Source: a virus
Lineage: Duplodnaviria; Caudoviricetes
IMG/VR virus record: IMGVR_UViG_3300021255_000109
Location: 116,779 to 180,778 of that record
Length of the DNA: 64,000 nucleotides
Strand: one strand, 5' to 3'
The notes beneath the pieces were generated by a model. That model had not been told where the DNA came from and did not search any database. It worked only from the letters and a program-made list of their open reading frames with translations. Of the stretch, positions 23,401 to 37,043 are shown in pieces. Numbering within the stretch: the first letter of the stretch is position 1; each line of letters starts with the position of its first letter. The position numbers and the translations under genes are program-made.

Positions 23401-26228
23401 CCGCCGAAAAAGCTTATGAAACATTTAAAGAAAAATTAAAGCAATATGAAGATACTAATAACTTATTGCAAGAGCAATTAGTAGAATTACAAGATGGCTT
23501 AAAACAAGTATATGATGATGTAACTGCTAAGAATGAATATATTATAGATTTAAAAATAAATGTTAATGATAATGAATTAGATTTCTTAGATTATTTACAA
23601 GATAAGATTGATAATTTTAATGATGGCGTTAATGAGGTAAGTGAGAAATTAGCTAATTTAAATGATGAAACTGGTGCGCTTTTGAATAGATCTGATATTC
23701 ATAACGAAGGCATTTCCAGAACTCTTGGTCATTATTTAATTGATCAACTTGGTAAGAATGAAGATGAGGCTGCTGCTTTAATTGAGAAGTTTAAGACAGG
23801 AACATTAACTGATGAAGATATGAATTTATTTGCGGGAATCCCTGAAGCTGAAATGCAAAAAGTTCAAGAATATAAGAAAGATCTTCTTGATGATAATAAG
23901 AAGCTCATGGATAATATGCAAGAAGTTGTAGATACTGTAAATGATTCATTTAAACAAATCAGTGAAGACTTAGATGATGCAATGAAAGATATTGATCGTT
24001 CTACTGATGCGCTTGAGCATTATGGCAATATGATTGATATAGTTGGTGCGGATTTCCTTGGTGTGACTACGGATATAGCTAATGCACTCGATCAGGCTGA
24101 AGTAGATGTTGCGAACGAAAAGGTTGCGGCAACGAGAGCTAAATTAGATGCATTAAAAGATGATTATGCTGAAGCTGAAAAATTATATCAAGATGCTTTA
24201 GACAATAACGATGCAGTTTTGGCAGAAAAATGGAAAAACGCATTGAAGGAAATGGACGATGAGGTAAATGGTGCAACTCAAGACTTCCATCAGGCTTGGG
24301 AAGATGCTTTACGTTCAGCGCAAGAAGCATTAGAGGCTATGCTTGATCGTGTTAAGAATGATGCTCTTGATGCTATTGCAGGTAATGTTCCATACAGTCA
24401 ATTAGCAGATTTAATGGATCAACAAGAAAAAGTAGATGATAGATTCTTAGATGAATATGAACAAATCTATGAAATGAGTAAGTTAAATCGTGATATTAAT
24501 AACTCTATTGGAGATGCTGATAATATCAAAGCTAAAGAGGCTTTAAGAGATCTTTAGAAAGAAATTAATAAACTTCAAGAAGATGGTAACGAGATGAGCC
24601 AATATGATTTAGATAATGCTCGTAGAAAATATGAATTAAAACTTGCAGAATTAGAGCTTGATAATGCTATGAATATTAAAGATACTGTAAGATTAAGTAA
24701 AGATTCTGAAGGCAATTGGTCATATATCTATACCGCTGATGAAGAAAAGGTAGCTCAGGCAGAATAGAATTATGAAGATAAACTTTATGCTATGCAAAAA
24801 GCTAATGAAGAATATATTAACAATATAGAGAACGAATTGGCCGGAGTACATGAAGAAATGCTTAATAAGATTGCTGAGATTCAAGCTGATTTAACTCTTA
24901 CAGAAGAGCAAAAAGCGCAATTGATTCAGCAAACTTATGATTTCTATACTGAATAGGCTTCTTATTATACTGGAGAGCTTGGTAAGGCTATTGATAATAA
25001 TAAAGAATTATATGATATTGATTGGACTAATTATTCCGCAAAAACAAGGAAACAAAAGATTGGCGAAGATGATTTAACTGAATATATCGCTGATAATTAT
25101 GGTTATAGGCTGGGTAATTTGGATAATTATATTACGGATTTCAATAATACAATGCTGAGTGATATTACAGGTTTTGACACTCTTGATGGTTTCGAGCAAA
25201 ATGCGCAGGCGGCTACTGAAAGTGCGGTTGCAGCTATGAACGCCGCTCATGACTAGTGGGCGGAGAACACAGAGACAACGATGCAGTTAGCTGGCACTTC
25301 TGTTGGTACTTTTGCTGAGGATATGATGAATGATGTTGATCAGACTATTGTACCTAAGGCTATAGAAGCTAAAGATGCTGTTGTAGATCTAGCAAATGCA
25401 TCTGTTGATGAATTTGATAAACTTGTAGGTCAAGCGCAAACCTGGCAAGATACTTATAGCACTTTAATGCAAGGTATTATTGATAAAAATGAATTGGTTA
25501 TCCAGTCTATCAATGGTGTTGATGAAGCTATCTCTAAATTAGAGGAATCTGAAGACGAGAATGTTTTAGGCCAAGACACTACTAATAAGATTTCTGAATC
25601 TGCTAATGCGGGTGCGGAAGCAGCTGCTACAGCTGCGGCAGCGGCACAAGCTGGAGCTGATTAGGCGGCAGCAAATGCGGCTCAATGGGCAAGAGTAATG
25701 CAGGTTTATAACTTAATTAATAGTGGTGCTGTTGGTAATCATGATACTGGACGTGTTCAAAATTTATTAAATCGTGGATATAGCCAGCAAGAGTATTCAT
25801 TAGGACAGCAGTTAATCAATATGGTTTATGATGCTGGCCTTGGTGGACGTGGTATGTCCATGGATGCTGCAAAGGCTGCATTAGGATTTGACTCTGGCGG
25901 TTATACTGGAGATTGGTCTGGTGCTAATGGACGTCTTGCTTTATTACATCAGAAAGAAATTGTTCTGAATGAAAGTGATACTGCAAACTTATTAAACGCA
26001 GTCGATATGGTGCGTTAGATTGCTAATTCTATTGACTTAAATGCGAAAGCAACTGAGTTTAATTTAGGTAATTTATCTGCGGCCGTGGGTATGCTGGGTG
26101 CGCGTTCTAGTGTAGACTAGAATGTAACAATTACCGCAGAATTCCCGAACGTGACCGACCGCAATGAAATTGCTGAAGCCCTTAAAACTTTAGTCAATGA
26201 AGCATCTCAATACGCTAATCGCAAATAA
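14457..26228 (+). CDS. Tape measure protein (~3923 aa with TAG=Gln)
   Basis: AAAGGAG RBS; all + strand ORF fragments from 15117 to 26018 share one frame; TP901-type core (TRQSADVVGTAFKTLFARIQG, AGTRQ); helical A/E/K/L-rich; hydrophobic segments near 15.9 and 17.1 kb; C-terminal FDSGGYTG...LHQKEIVLN; ends TAA. Confidence 0.9.
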
Positions 26229-26232
26229 TTAT

Positions 26233-26266
26233 AGGGGGAAACGTAAGTTTCCCCTTATTTTTTATT
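26233..26266 (+). terminator. Intrinsic terminator after the tape measure gene
   Basis: GGGGAAAC-GTAA-GTTTCCCC followed by a T tract. Confidence 0.85.
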
Positions 26267-26313
26267 GGTCAATTTATGATAAAGTAAGTATTCCAGTTTT
26301 TAAATTGTATAGA
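26267..26313 (+). promoter_or_regulatory. Conserved intergenic motif copy 2
   Basis: GGTCAA at 26267, TTTTA ending at +35, TAG at +43. Confidence 0.65.
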
Positions 26314-26337
26314 TAATGAGAGAAAGGAGACAGTTAC

Positions 26338-29300
26338 ATGGCAGAAACTAACTATAATGATATTCTGTGTTAGGCTATTGATACAATAGTTCAATAGCGA
26401 ATTTCTAATCTTACTTTTGATTAGACTATTATATGTACAATAGTTGATGACACAGATGCAAAAAATGGTCATTATATCGTAACTGATAAATCAGTTCGTT
26501 TTGATGCTTATTCCGAAAACACAGAATATGTTACAGACGATGATGTCTATGTGACTATTCCCAAAGGTGATTATAATTAGACTAAAGTTATTATTAGTAA
26601 ATATACAGCTGATAATAATTTAGATCCTTTAGTTTATATTAAACCTTTGGACTAGATGTTTATTATTACTGACGATTTGGTTCAAAAAGGCCAACCAAAT
26701 GTCATATCAGCATCTATTTTGGCTAATGGGCGCAAGGTGTCTGAGAATAGAAAGACAACTACCCCTGGCCGCACAAAAATAATTTGGGAATATTTATTAA
26801 ACGAGAGTAATAATACTGATATTAAGAATAATGCGATCTTTGATACTCTTGGTATTCGCGCAAGTTTTAAATGCGATTTATTATCTACTTATAATGTGCG
26901 CCAAGGACATTATGGATTGGCGATTACGTTATATTCAGATATGAATCCTGAGTCAGGCACAGGAAGTGTAACTGAGAATACAGTTTTATTTGATTCGGCA
27001 GAAATGTTTGGCAATCCGTATTCTTTTGTTACTTTCTTTGAGCAGCAAAAGATCATTGATATTAGTAAATTAAATAATATTACAAAGATTAGTATTGCAT
27101 TATATTAGAGTGGAGATTTTCAGTATACTGAGTCTCTTGAAGCAAAAGATATGAAAGCATTGCCTTCAACATATGTAAACAGTGAAGGCGCAACTGAAGA
27201 TTTAATGGATAATATCTTTGTTGGTAATGTTGAGATCTATTTTGGTATGAATATTGCTAACGTTTCAGATAATACGTTTTCTATCTATTGCAGTGATCAT
27301 TCTACTTTTAGTATGGTAAAAGAGTAGATTGATGAAAATTATAATGTAAAAACTATTTTTCCTATTTGGTTTAATAAAGAGCCAGATACTAATAAATACA
27401 TTGGATATTCTGATGGCGTTTATAGAACATATGTAGATGCTGACGATCCAAATAGAATAGTTGGTGCTTAGTATTTAGAGGATAATTATCGTGCCAAGAA
27501 AGACTATTATGATAAAGGTGCCAGCTTAAATCAATTAGCATTAGAAGAGTAGGGTATACCTCCGGTTTAGCAAGTTTTATAGATATATGCGTACGCGCAA
27601 GACGCTGTAAAATTAATGACTAAATTGTATAATTTATTAAATAATAATTTAAAAAATATTTGTGATAAATTGTTAAGAGACGTTTCCGCTTATCAAACTG
27701 ATGAACAAAAAACAAATTCTAATACTGCATATTAGATATTATTTAGTAATAATCAAGATTATGCAATACTATTATCAGGATTAAGTGAAATATTGGATGA
27801 AAACAATGCTAATGGTTTTATGACTACTGTTACTGATATTTTAAAAGAATATGGATAGGTATATTTGGACTTAGCGCAATGGTCAGATTTATCACAACCT
27901 TATGGTGAAAATGGCTACATGTATAGAATTAACAATGTTTATTCTCTTGCGGCAAGTTAGATTAATGATTTACCTACTTATGTAGATGATTATTTTAGAT
28001 CAATTCGAGATAATATTCCTAATTCAATTGCGGCAATATATGATGCTTGGAATAATATGCAAAAAACAATTTTACAAGATTGCTTAGATGTGGATAATTA
28101 GATTAAAAATTTAATTGGTTCATGGCAATCAAATCAAGTTGAAGCTCCAAGTATTGGCTATGAATTTAAAGATTTAAATACTTTATTCCAACAAGGCGGA
28201 GTATAGAGCTATGCTGAATCAAAAGAGATATTCGAATAGAAATATCAGAATAGATATTGTATTTATTGGTATAAATATGTTGAGAATTATTATGATGCTA
28301 ATGAGCGTTATATGCCGAGCGGATGGCAACGTTTATTAGGATATGAAAATATAGGATTGCCAAAAGATTGGGAGCCTGGTAATGATGGAAATGATTACTG
28401 GGTTGCTAAATCAAATGAACGTGTAACTGTAAAAATTGGTGATCCAACAGTAGAAACAGAATAGATATAGGCTATTTTAATTTATAACCATGAAGTTTTT
28501 AAGAGTAATATTTTAACTTTTAAAAATGAAGAATAGGTAATTGATGAGAATACGAAAAGTGCGGTTACCGGTCTGTGGATCGCATTGACTGATCAAACCG
28601 ATGAACAACCTGATACATATTGTTCTAAGGAAACTTATCAATTATATGGTATGACAAATATGTTAATTAACTCAGCCGAACGGTACCAGCGCCGCAAGCT
28701 TCGCGCACGTTTTACTGGGCTAGATCAAGATGATAATTATTTAAAGAATAATTGTACTATCTATTGGTATATTCCTATTCATAGTACAATGCTTGATTGT
28801 AATCGAGATGAGTTAATCCAAGCAGGCTTTTCTTTTTATGATCCTAATGTTGATACTTTGCCTTCTGCGCCATATGGTAATAATTATGTAGAAGGCTATT
28901 ATATGGTATATAGATAGATTGCCGCAGATACAGACGCAAACTTTTTATCATCCACAGAAATTTTTTATTAGATAAAGAATTATTTTATGCCAACCGCAAC
29001 TAATAATACAATTAGATGTCGAGTGGTAAAGAATCGTCAATATGTCTATGATTCGGAATAGTTCTTTACTTTTGCTTCTTATGGTAGTAATGGAACAGAT
29101 TATACTTTGTGTATTTTCCCAAGTACAAATCAAGCTGCAGTTAAGCAGGATTAGCAACTGCCTTTATCAATTGGAGTCTATGATTACAACAACGACTTTA
29201 TGGAAAAAGAAAGCCAAAATATTTAGCTAAGTATTTTAAATGGTTTTTCATATAACTCAGAAGGTGTTAAAACTGATCAATCTGCTTATTTTATTACTAC

Positions 29301-32300
29301 AGGTCGTGACACAGAAGCATTTATAGGACAAGCATTTAAACCCGGTTATGGTATTTTAAAAGGCACTGCAACTATTACTATTGATAAATTCTCAGATGCA
29401 GAAGATTCTGAGCGTGATGAATCAATTACTAATAGTTTAGATAGCACAGATGATTCAAATTTAAAATATAAACAAAGAAATCGTACTGTTACTCTTGAAT
29501 CATATTTTGCGATTCCTTGGGCTTCTGACGATTATTATATTGAAGGTCCATCATTTGTAATTTATAATTCAATGGGTTCAAGTCCTCAATATTATTCAGA
29601 TCCTATTAAATTATTTAGTATGAAAACTAATAAGGAAATAGAGGGAGTAGTATGGAAGACTGAGTATTATACTAATCATAGCTTAAGTAGTGGAGAATCC
29701 GATTACAGTAATAAAGTAACTACTTTAGTTAGTAATTATCTGCCTAAGATTAAAGAGATTGTAACTGAAGTAGATGGTGCTCAACGCAGAGAGTATAGAT
29801 TAAGTGTACCAAGCATGTTTCTTTCTGGGAATGATTACTATTGTTCATTAGTTGCGTTTAACGCACAGAATGAAAGACTCTGGGTGCAACCGATCCACAT
29901 GTTGTAGAACAGGTTTGACTCACCAATGCTGAACGCATGGGACGGAGAGTTGACAATTGACGAAAAAAATGGTACAATTATGTCAGCCATGGTAGGAAGT
30001 GGTAAAAAGAATAGTGATAATACTTTTTCTGGTGTATTAATGGGTGAAGTTGGTGAAAAGACTTAGCTTGGTAATACAACAGGTGAAGGATTATTTGGTT
30101 TTGATCATGGCGAGCAGAGTTTCGGATTTAAGACAGACGGCACTTCTTTTATAGGTAAAGCAAAACGCGGACGTATTGAATTTAATGGCAATTCTGGTAC
30201 TATTGCAAGTGCTTCATATAATCAAGAGCGAGATGATAATTTGCGCGTTGGTATGAAGATTGATCTTGATGATGGTGAGATTGATATGCGTGGGGCTTAT
30301 ATAGCTGACGCAGTAGATTAGGCAGATAGCCAAGCTGAAAATATCATAAATGCTCAATATACTCATAATAATGAGCAAGACGGATATGATAATGAAGTAC
30401 GTTATAATCCTACTGGTAGTAGAGTAATGATTTCTACTAAGTCACCTTTCTTAGTAATTAAATCACCAAGTGTTTGGTATACTAATGAGAAGAGAGTTAC
30501 TGTTGACGATTTTGGTAATAAGCAATTAGAAGTTGATCCAAATACGACATAGCGCAAAGCATATAATGATTTTTGGGATTCTATTGATTATTACAAGAGT
30601 GATGAAGCTATTAAAAATTTATTAAATAATTATTGGGATATTAATGACAATTAGTATCCGCGCACTAATAATGCAATTAGAACTGCTGACGACATAGAAG
30701 ATATGGATCAGGGTGTATATGCACCTGTCCTTCGTACAATTTAGAGTTCAGCTCTTTTGAATAAAGGATATTCTAATGCTAATATCGATGATCTTGAAAT
30801 GTTTACATAGCAAAAAGCTATGTAGAGTCAAGGGTTCATCGGTATTGCAATAGATGGAGATGATCCTGCTATGCAAAAAGGTGATTATTTATATCGTTAT
30901 ACTGAAGCAAGTGAATAGGGAAAAGATCATTGGAAGTATATTCCATCTTCAGAAGTTACTGAAGCTATGATTAATTCTTCTGGTACAGTTTGTTTGGCTC
31001 GATATAATGGACATAAAATTACCAATTTGAATAGCTAGTGCGGTTAGAGAATGGTTGATGCTTCCGGATGGGTAAGCCCAAGATCTGGTGGCGCTGACTT
31101 GACTTTTAATAATATTAATGATACAATGACATTGATAGAAGCAATAAGAAATAGTAATGAAGATGAAGAATATCTTATTAAGTTAAAATTCTTAAAAGAT
31201 GAAGATTTCTTACGATTTAGAGCTATTGCCAATATTGGTGATAATGTTGTTTCTATTACGGGATTTGTACCTCCAGCTGATGCGGATTCAGTAATGTATA
31301 AGCAATCAGATGGGCCGATAGAAAGTGTTTCTTATGAGTTTGGTGTAAAGCCAAGTACAACTTTATTACAAGTTGGAACTTCATCATATTTTATGCAATC
31401 TGAAGGCTTTACTGAAGGTAGCGATCCATATAAACGAGATGCGCAAGGTTTAAGATTTGATTTATCGGCTTAGAAATTAACAGCTTATGGCGGTTTTAAG
31501 CTCTTCGCGCAAGATGCAAAGACCTTTAACAATATTGAAATTGGTAGTACAGGTACATTCTTACATGTTAAGTATAATATAAATCCAATAGAGGGTGATA
31601 TTCCTGAATATGTAAGTTTGATGAAAGTTACAACAAATGAATTTTTAATTCAATCTAAGGATTGGAGTAAAGCTGAAAAGACTGGTACTCAATTTGATGT
31701 TGGAAAAGGTATGTTTACATCATATAGCTTTAATTTACATGCGGAAGAGGGTCGAGATAGTTCTAAATACCAAGGTTCGTATGTAAAGTTAAGTTCACGT
31801 GGTAATCCATTCTTTTAGATTCATTATAAGGAGCATTAGATCCCTGTTGAAGAATTGACACCTGGTGTAGAAGATGTGATTGTATATGATACAGATTTAA
31901 TGCATATATCTTCAAATAAATTTATTTTACAGTCAAAGGATTGGCGTTCCCCAAGAACAGCTGCTGATTTAGCTCCTGGTGAAAATTATAATGTTGTTAA
32001 AGAATACGCTAAGGGACGTGGATTACAGTTTGATATTGCTAATGGTAAGTTAACAGCTTATAATAAATTTAGATTAATCGCATATGATAGTGATATTAGT
32101 AATCTTACAGATAATACCGCAGGTTCATATGTCGAATTATCAAGCACTGGTACTCCATATTTACAAGTATATTATCAACATAATAATGGAGAAGAACCAG
32201 ACCCAGATGTTAGTCAAATTTTATTGCGTATTTCTAAGAGAGATTTTTATTTAAACTCTTAGGATTGGCATTATAATGCATCAGATCCATCACAAGGCTC

Positions 32301-33939
32301 TGGTATGCATATAGATTTAGCTAATGCTAATATTATCGCCTATAAGTTTCATTTATATGCGTTTAATAACACTCAGCGCTATACGGGTTCATATGTAAAA
32401 TTAAGTAGTGAAGGCACAACAAATAATCCATTTTTCCAAGTACATTTTAAAGATGTCGGAGATGGTACTGACCAGAATTTTATTCCTAAAGATTTGAATT
32501 TGGTTATGCTTACTTAGAATCAATTTCTTATTCAGTCTTAGGATTTTAGATTCTCAGCAACTAATTTAGCAGCGTGCTCAGGCATTCGTATGAATCTTGC
32601 GAATGGTCAATTTTTAGGTTATAATTTTGGCTTTTCTGCATATGATAACGGTAGCGGTAATAATGGACGTTATATGGGATCACATGTTATTATAAATAGT
32701 AGCGGTAGTCCATATATTAGAGTACATTTTACTGATTATGGAGCAGGCAATAATCCTACGACAACATCTGGTTTAACGCCAATTAGAAATTTAGATATTG
32801 TTAATATTACAAAAGATAATTTTATAATACAATCTCATAATTGGAACACTACAAATGGAACTGGCTTAAAATTTGATTTAACTAATGGTTAGCTTTTAGG
32901 TTATAATTTCCAATTATAGGCAAGGCGCACTAGTAATCCAGCAGGCACTGTTACTATTAGTTCTGCTGATAGCACTTATCCAATTAAAGTAACAAATGGG
33001 TCAGATAAAACATTTGCAGTTAAATGGGATGGTTCATTAGAAGCCAATGCCGCAAGTATCACAGGAGCTATTACTGCTACATCAGGTACTTTTACAAATG
33101 TTAATATTCAAAGTGGTACTATTGCTGGATGGCGTATTAACGGCAACAGAATCGATGCAAGTAATGGCACAATTTATTTAGACAGTAGTACAGGAACTAT
33201 AAGTGGTGCAAAAGTTAATGGTGCTACAATTAGTGGCGGCACTATGAGTATTACTGGTTCTGGAGAAGGATCTGGTAGTTTTGGTGTTTCAAATAGTGGC
33301 GTTTTAAGCGCTACTGGAGCTAATGTTACTGGAACAATTAATGCGAATCAAGGCACCTTTAATAATGTAGATATACAAAGTGGTACTATTGCAGGATGGT
33401 AGATCAATAGCACTACATTAAGTAAGGGCGATGTAATTTTAAATAGCTCTACTGGACAAATTTCTGGTGCAGCTATTGTTGGTGGTACTATTAGTGGTAC
33501 AACTGTATCTGCTGAAAGTCTTAGATTTACTCTTTGGAATGGAGCTACTAGTGAGCTAAAATAGTTCGGTATTTATTCAATACCGAATTTTAAATGGAAA
33601 ACGACAGTAGGCGGTTCAACTGTGTTCCGGCCTACAGGTTCAATATCAGTAAGTGTAACTCCTGGATGGAGTGTTATTGCTGGTTATGGTGCTATCGCAG
33701 TTAGAGATAGTTTACCAAACGGTAATGTTATTGGATATATTAATACTCAAGATATTATATCTTCAATTACATTAGGAGCAAGTGGTTCTGCTACTTTTAC
33801 TGGAGATTAGATTACGTTATCTACTACACGTGAGGCTGTTGGTGATAGATGGCAAATAGCTGGTTTAGTATATGTAGGTGATATTTCTGGTGGATCACAA
33901 GAAACATCAGTTTTATAGACTCAAAGCGTATTTGGGTAA
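26338..33939 (+). CDS. Giant tail-tip / central fibre protein (~2533 aa)
   Basis: AAAGGAG RBS; fragments 26656-33810 in one frame joined by TAG; about six beta-rich repeats at 31.4-32.9 kb and G.IAGW repeats near the C-terminus; ends TAA. Confidence 0.75.
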
Positions 33940-33964
33940 AAAGTGAAAAAGGAGAATAAAGATT

Positions 33965-34351
33965 ATGATGACAACTTTAACAAATAACGAAATTTATAAT
34001 TATGCTAATGCTTTAGCGCAAGAATTTGGACAAGAATCTGAAGTAAAGTTTCCTATTAAGGTAAATTTTTATTTACAGAAGAATCTTCAGGTTTTGATTA
34101 GTCTTGCTCAAGATATTGAGAAGGAAAGATTGGCAATCGCGCAAGAGTTTGGTACATTAAATGAGGAAACTCAGCAGTATGAAATTCCTAACGAGAATAT
34201 CGCTGCTGCTACAAATAAATTAAATGATTTATTTAATTTAACTCAGGAAGTACAGATTTATAAAGTTGGTCTTGATGCTTTTAATGATATGGATCTTACT
34301 TCTAATCAAATGCAAGCATTATTGTTTATGATTAAAGATGAGGAGGAATAA
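33965..34351 (+). CDS. Hypothetical helical protein (128 aa), possible fibre chaperone
   Basis: AAAGGAG RBS; intact ORF, no TAG. Confidence 0.7.
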   Translation: MMTTLTNNEIYNYANALAQEFGQESEVKFPIKVNFYLQKNLQVLISLAQDIEKERLAIAQEFGTLNEETQQYEIPNENIAAATNKLNDLFNLTQEVQIYKVGLDAFNDMDLTSNQMQALLFMIKDEEE

Positions 34352-34356
34352 TCCAT

Positions 34357-37041
34357 ATGGGGAGCAAATTATACCCTCCCTACATTGATGGAAAAATACC
34401 TGCTTTTTGTGGAACGGAATTAAAAGTTCCGTTCCGCCATAATAGAGCTGTTGCATATGGTTCAAACAGTACCCAAGTTAAAAGTATAGCGTGTAAAATG
34501 AAAACTGTCTCCACAAATGAGTGGGTATGGACTCTAATGGAACCCTACAATGAAGCGGTTCAAATAGATCATACTACTGGTATGTGGACGGCAGTTTTTA
34601 ATTTAGATAAAAAAATTTATGAAGATAAAGATGATACATATTTTTCTAAATTAATAGAAGGTGTGTATTATAAAATTCAAATTGCCTATGTAGATTCATT
34701 GGGTACTATAGGTTATTTTTCAGATGTAGGAGTAACTAAATATACCACAGCACCAACTTTAAAAATTGAGAATTTACAAGCTGGAGAAATTAGTGCTGGG
34801 TTATATAATTATGTTGGCGTATATAGTCAAGAGAATAAAGATGTATCTGAAAAAGAATACAGTTATTGTTTTACCATATTGAATGAAGATGGAAGCGTCT
34901 TTGACACTTCTGGAGTATAGATTCATAATGCGGCAACAGATACAGAGCCATATGAATCTTCTGATACATATATTTGTCGAAAAGATTTAATTTCAAATCA
35001 CAAATATACAATCAATTATGCGATTACAACTTTAAATAATTTAACTGCATCGAGCCCAGTATATACTATTATGCGTAAAGACTCTGTACGCCCAAGCGTA
35101 AATGCAATTTTACATGCTGAACCTAATTTTGATGAAGGATATATTGGATTATAGCTAATAGCTCAAGATGATAAATATTATAGTGGTAATTTTACAATTT
35201 CAAGAGCTAGTTCGAAAGATAATTTTGAACAGTGGGATGAAATATGTCACTTTACTTTAGAAAGAGAAACGCCATTAAGAGATTTATTTAAAGACTTTAC
35301 AGTTGAGCAAGGAGTACGATATTGTTATTCATTATAGCAATATAATTCAAGAGGATTATATTCAAATAGAATGAAATCTGAGACTGTGACCGCAGACTTT
35401 GAAGATATGTTTTTATTTGATGGATTTCGGCAATTAAAAGTGCGTTTTAATCCTACTGTTGCATCTTTTAAAAATGATGTTTTAGAAAGCAAGACTGATA
35501 CAATTGGCAGTAAATATCCATTCATTTTTAGAAATGGAAATGTTAAATATAAGGAATTTCCAATAGGTGGCTTAATTTCTTACTTAATGGATGACCAAGC
35601 ATTTTTCTTATCTAAAGATAGTTTAGGCGCTTTAGAATTTGAAGGCACTGATCTAACTTCTGAGAATATTAGAGCTGAACGTGTATTTAAATTAGAGGTC
35701 ATGGAATGGTTATCAGATGGCTAGCCAAAGCTATTTAAGTCTCCAACAGAAGGTAATTATATAGTGCGGCTATTAAATTCTTCACTTTCCGCAAATACAG
35801 TAACAGGGCGTATGCTTCATTCATTTACTGCTACTGCATATGAGATAGCAGAATTAACATTTGATAATTTACTTCGTTATAATTTAATTACTGTTCCAGA
35901 ATATACTGATACTAATCTACATTTTGCTACTGTTCAATTAGCTGGTTATATGGATAATGACAACATGGTTTATTACACTGCTAATTCAGATTTAAAAATT
36001 CCTTCTGCTGTATATTTAGGTATTTTTGAAGACGTTGAACCTGGCACTTTACTTGAATTAACATTATAGACAGGCCAAGTGCAATAGATTGAAATTGGTG
36101 CGACATATATTTATAAAATTAATACTTTAGATAATCCTGTTACAAATGTAAAATTAATTTCTACTCCTAATGAGAATGCGCATTTTGATGGTACATTTAC
36201 ATATGGATATTATGAGCAAACATTTGCTGATGATTTCAATGAAATTTCTGACTTTGAGCCAGAAGATGAATTATGGCAATTTGTTGGCTATCATGAGGAT
36301 ATTGTGGCAGAAGTAGAAGACTTAAAGAGATCTATTGGACGCTTTTATTAGATTAAAGTTAATAATAGAGAGATAGCTGAAGTCTTTCATTCTATTGATG
36401 CTGAAAAGTTCGATAAGCCTTATATTTATGGCGATATTGCCCGTTTAGTTGGCACAGAAATTTTAGCAGAACAGATTGTGGCTAGTAAAGTATATAAGAT
36501 AGTAGACTATGAATATACAAATGAAGCTGGTAGTACCTTTTATGGCTTGTATGTTAATGGTTTTGATTTAATTGAATACCTTGAGCATAGAGAAGCCGAT
36601 GAAGATCCTAGCCCTTATTGGACTGAGTTAGTAGATAAGGGGTGGCATGAACAAGATTGTGATTATTTCTTCTGGATAAATCACCCAGATCAAAATGTTA
36701 ATTTGGAATCTATTGGTCGTTATATATTTAATAATTTAGATACTGTATCTAAGATGAAGTTAGGAAATATGTTGATGGCTGATTGCTATATTTAGCTTGT
36801 TGAGATTAAATATTCAGTAGAAAATAGTGATCCATTAGTAGCGCAAGGTAATACGCTATATATGCAAGCTAAAGAAAATTATGAGCAGATGATTTCTGAT
36901 GCATCAGTGGTTGACGAACAAAAACCATATTCTTAGACAGTAGTCACACAGCAAGATATTAATAATGCTTATGAGTTGATGCAGACTCAGCGTATGCAAT
37001 TAATAGGTTTAATAAAAAATGCAATTGAGAAGGAGGTATAA
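34357..37041 (+). CDS. Baseplate / distal-tail-like protein with Fn3-like segments (894 aa)
   Basis: GAGGAGG RBS; fragments in one frame; DFTVEQGVRYCY, TIGSKYPFIFRNG...Y..F.I.GLIS, WL.DG[Q]PKLFKSPTEGN; ends TAA 37039-37041. Confidence 0.65.
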
Positions 37042-37043
37042 TT

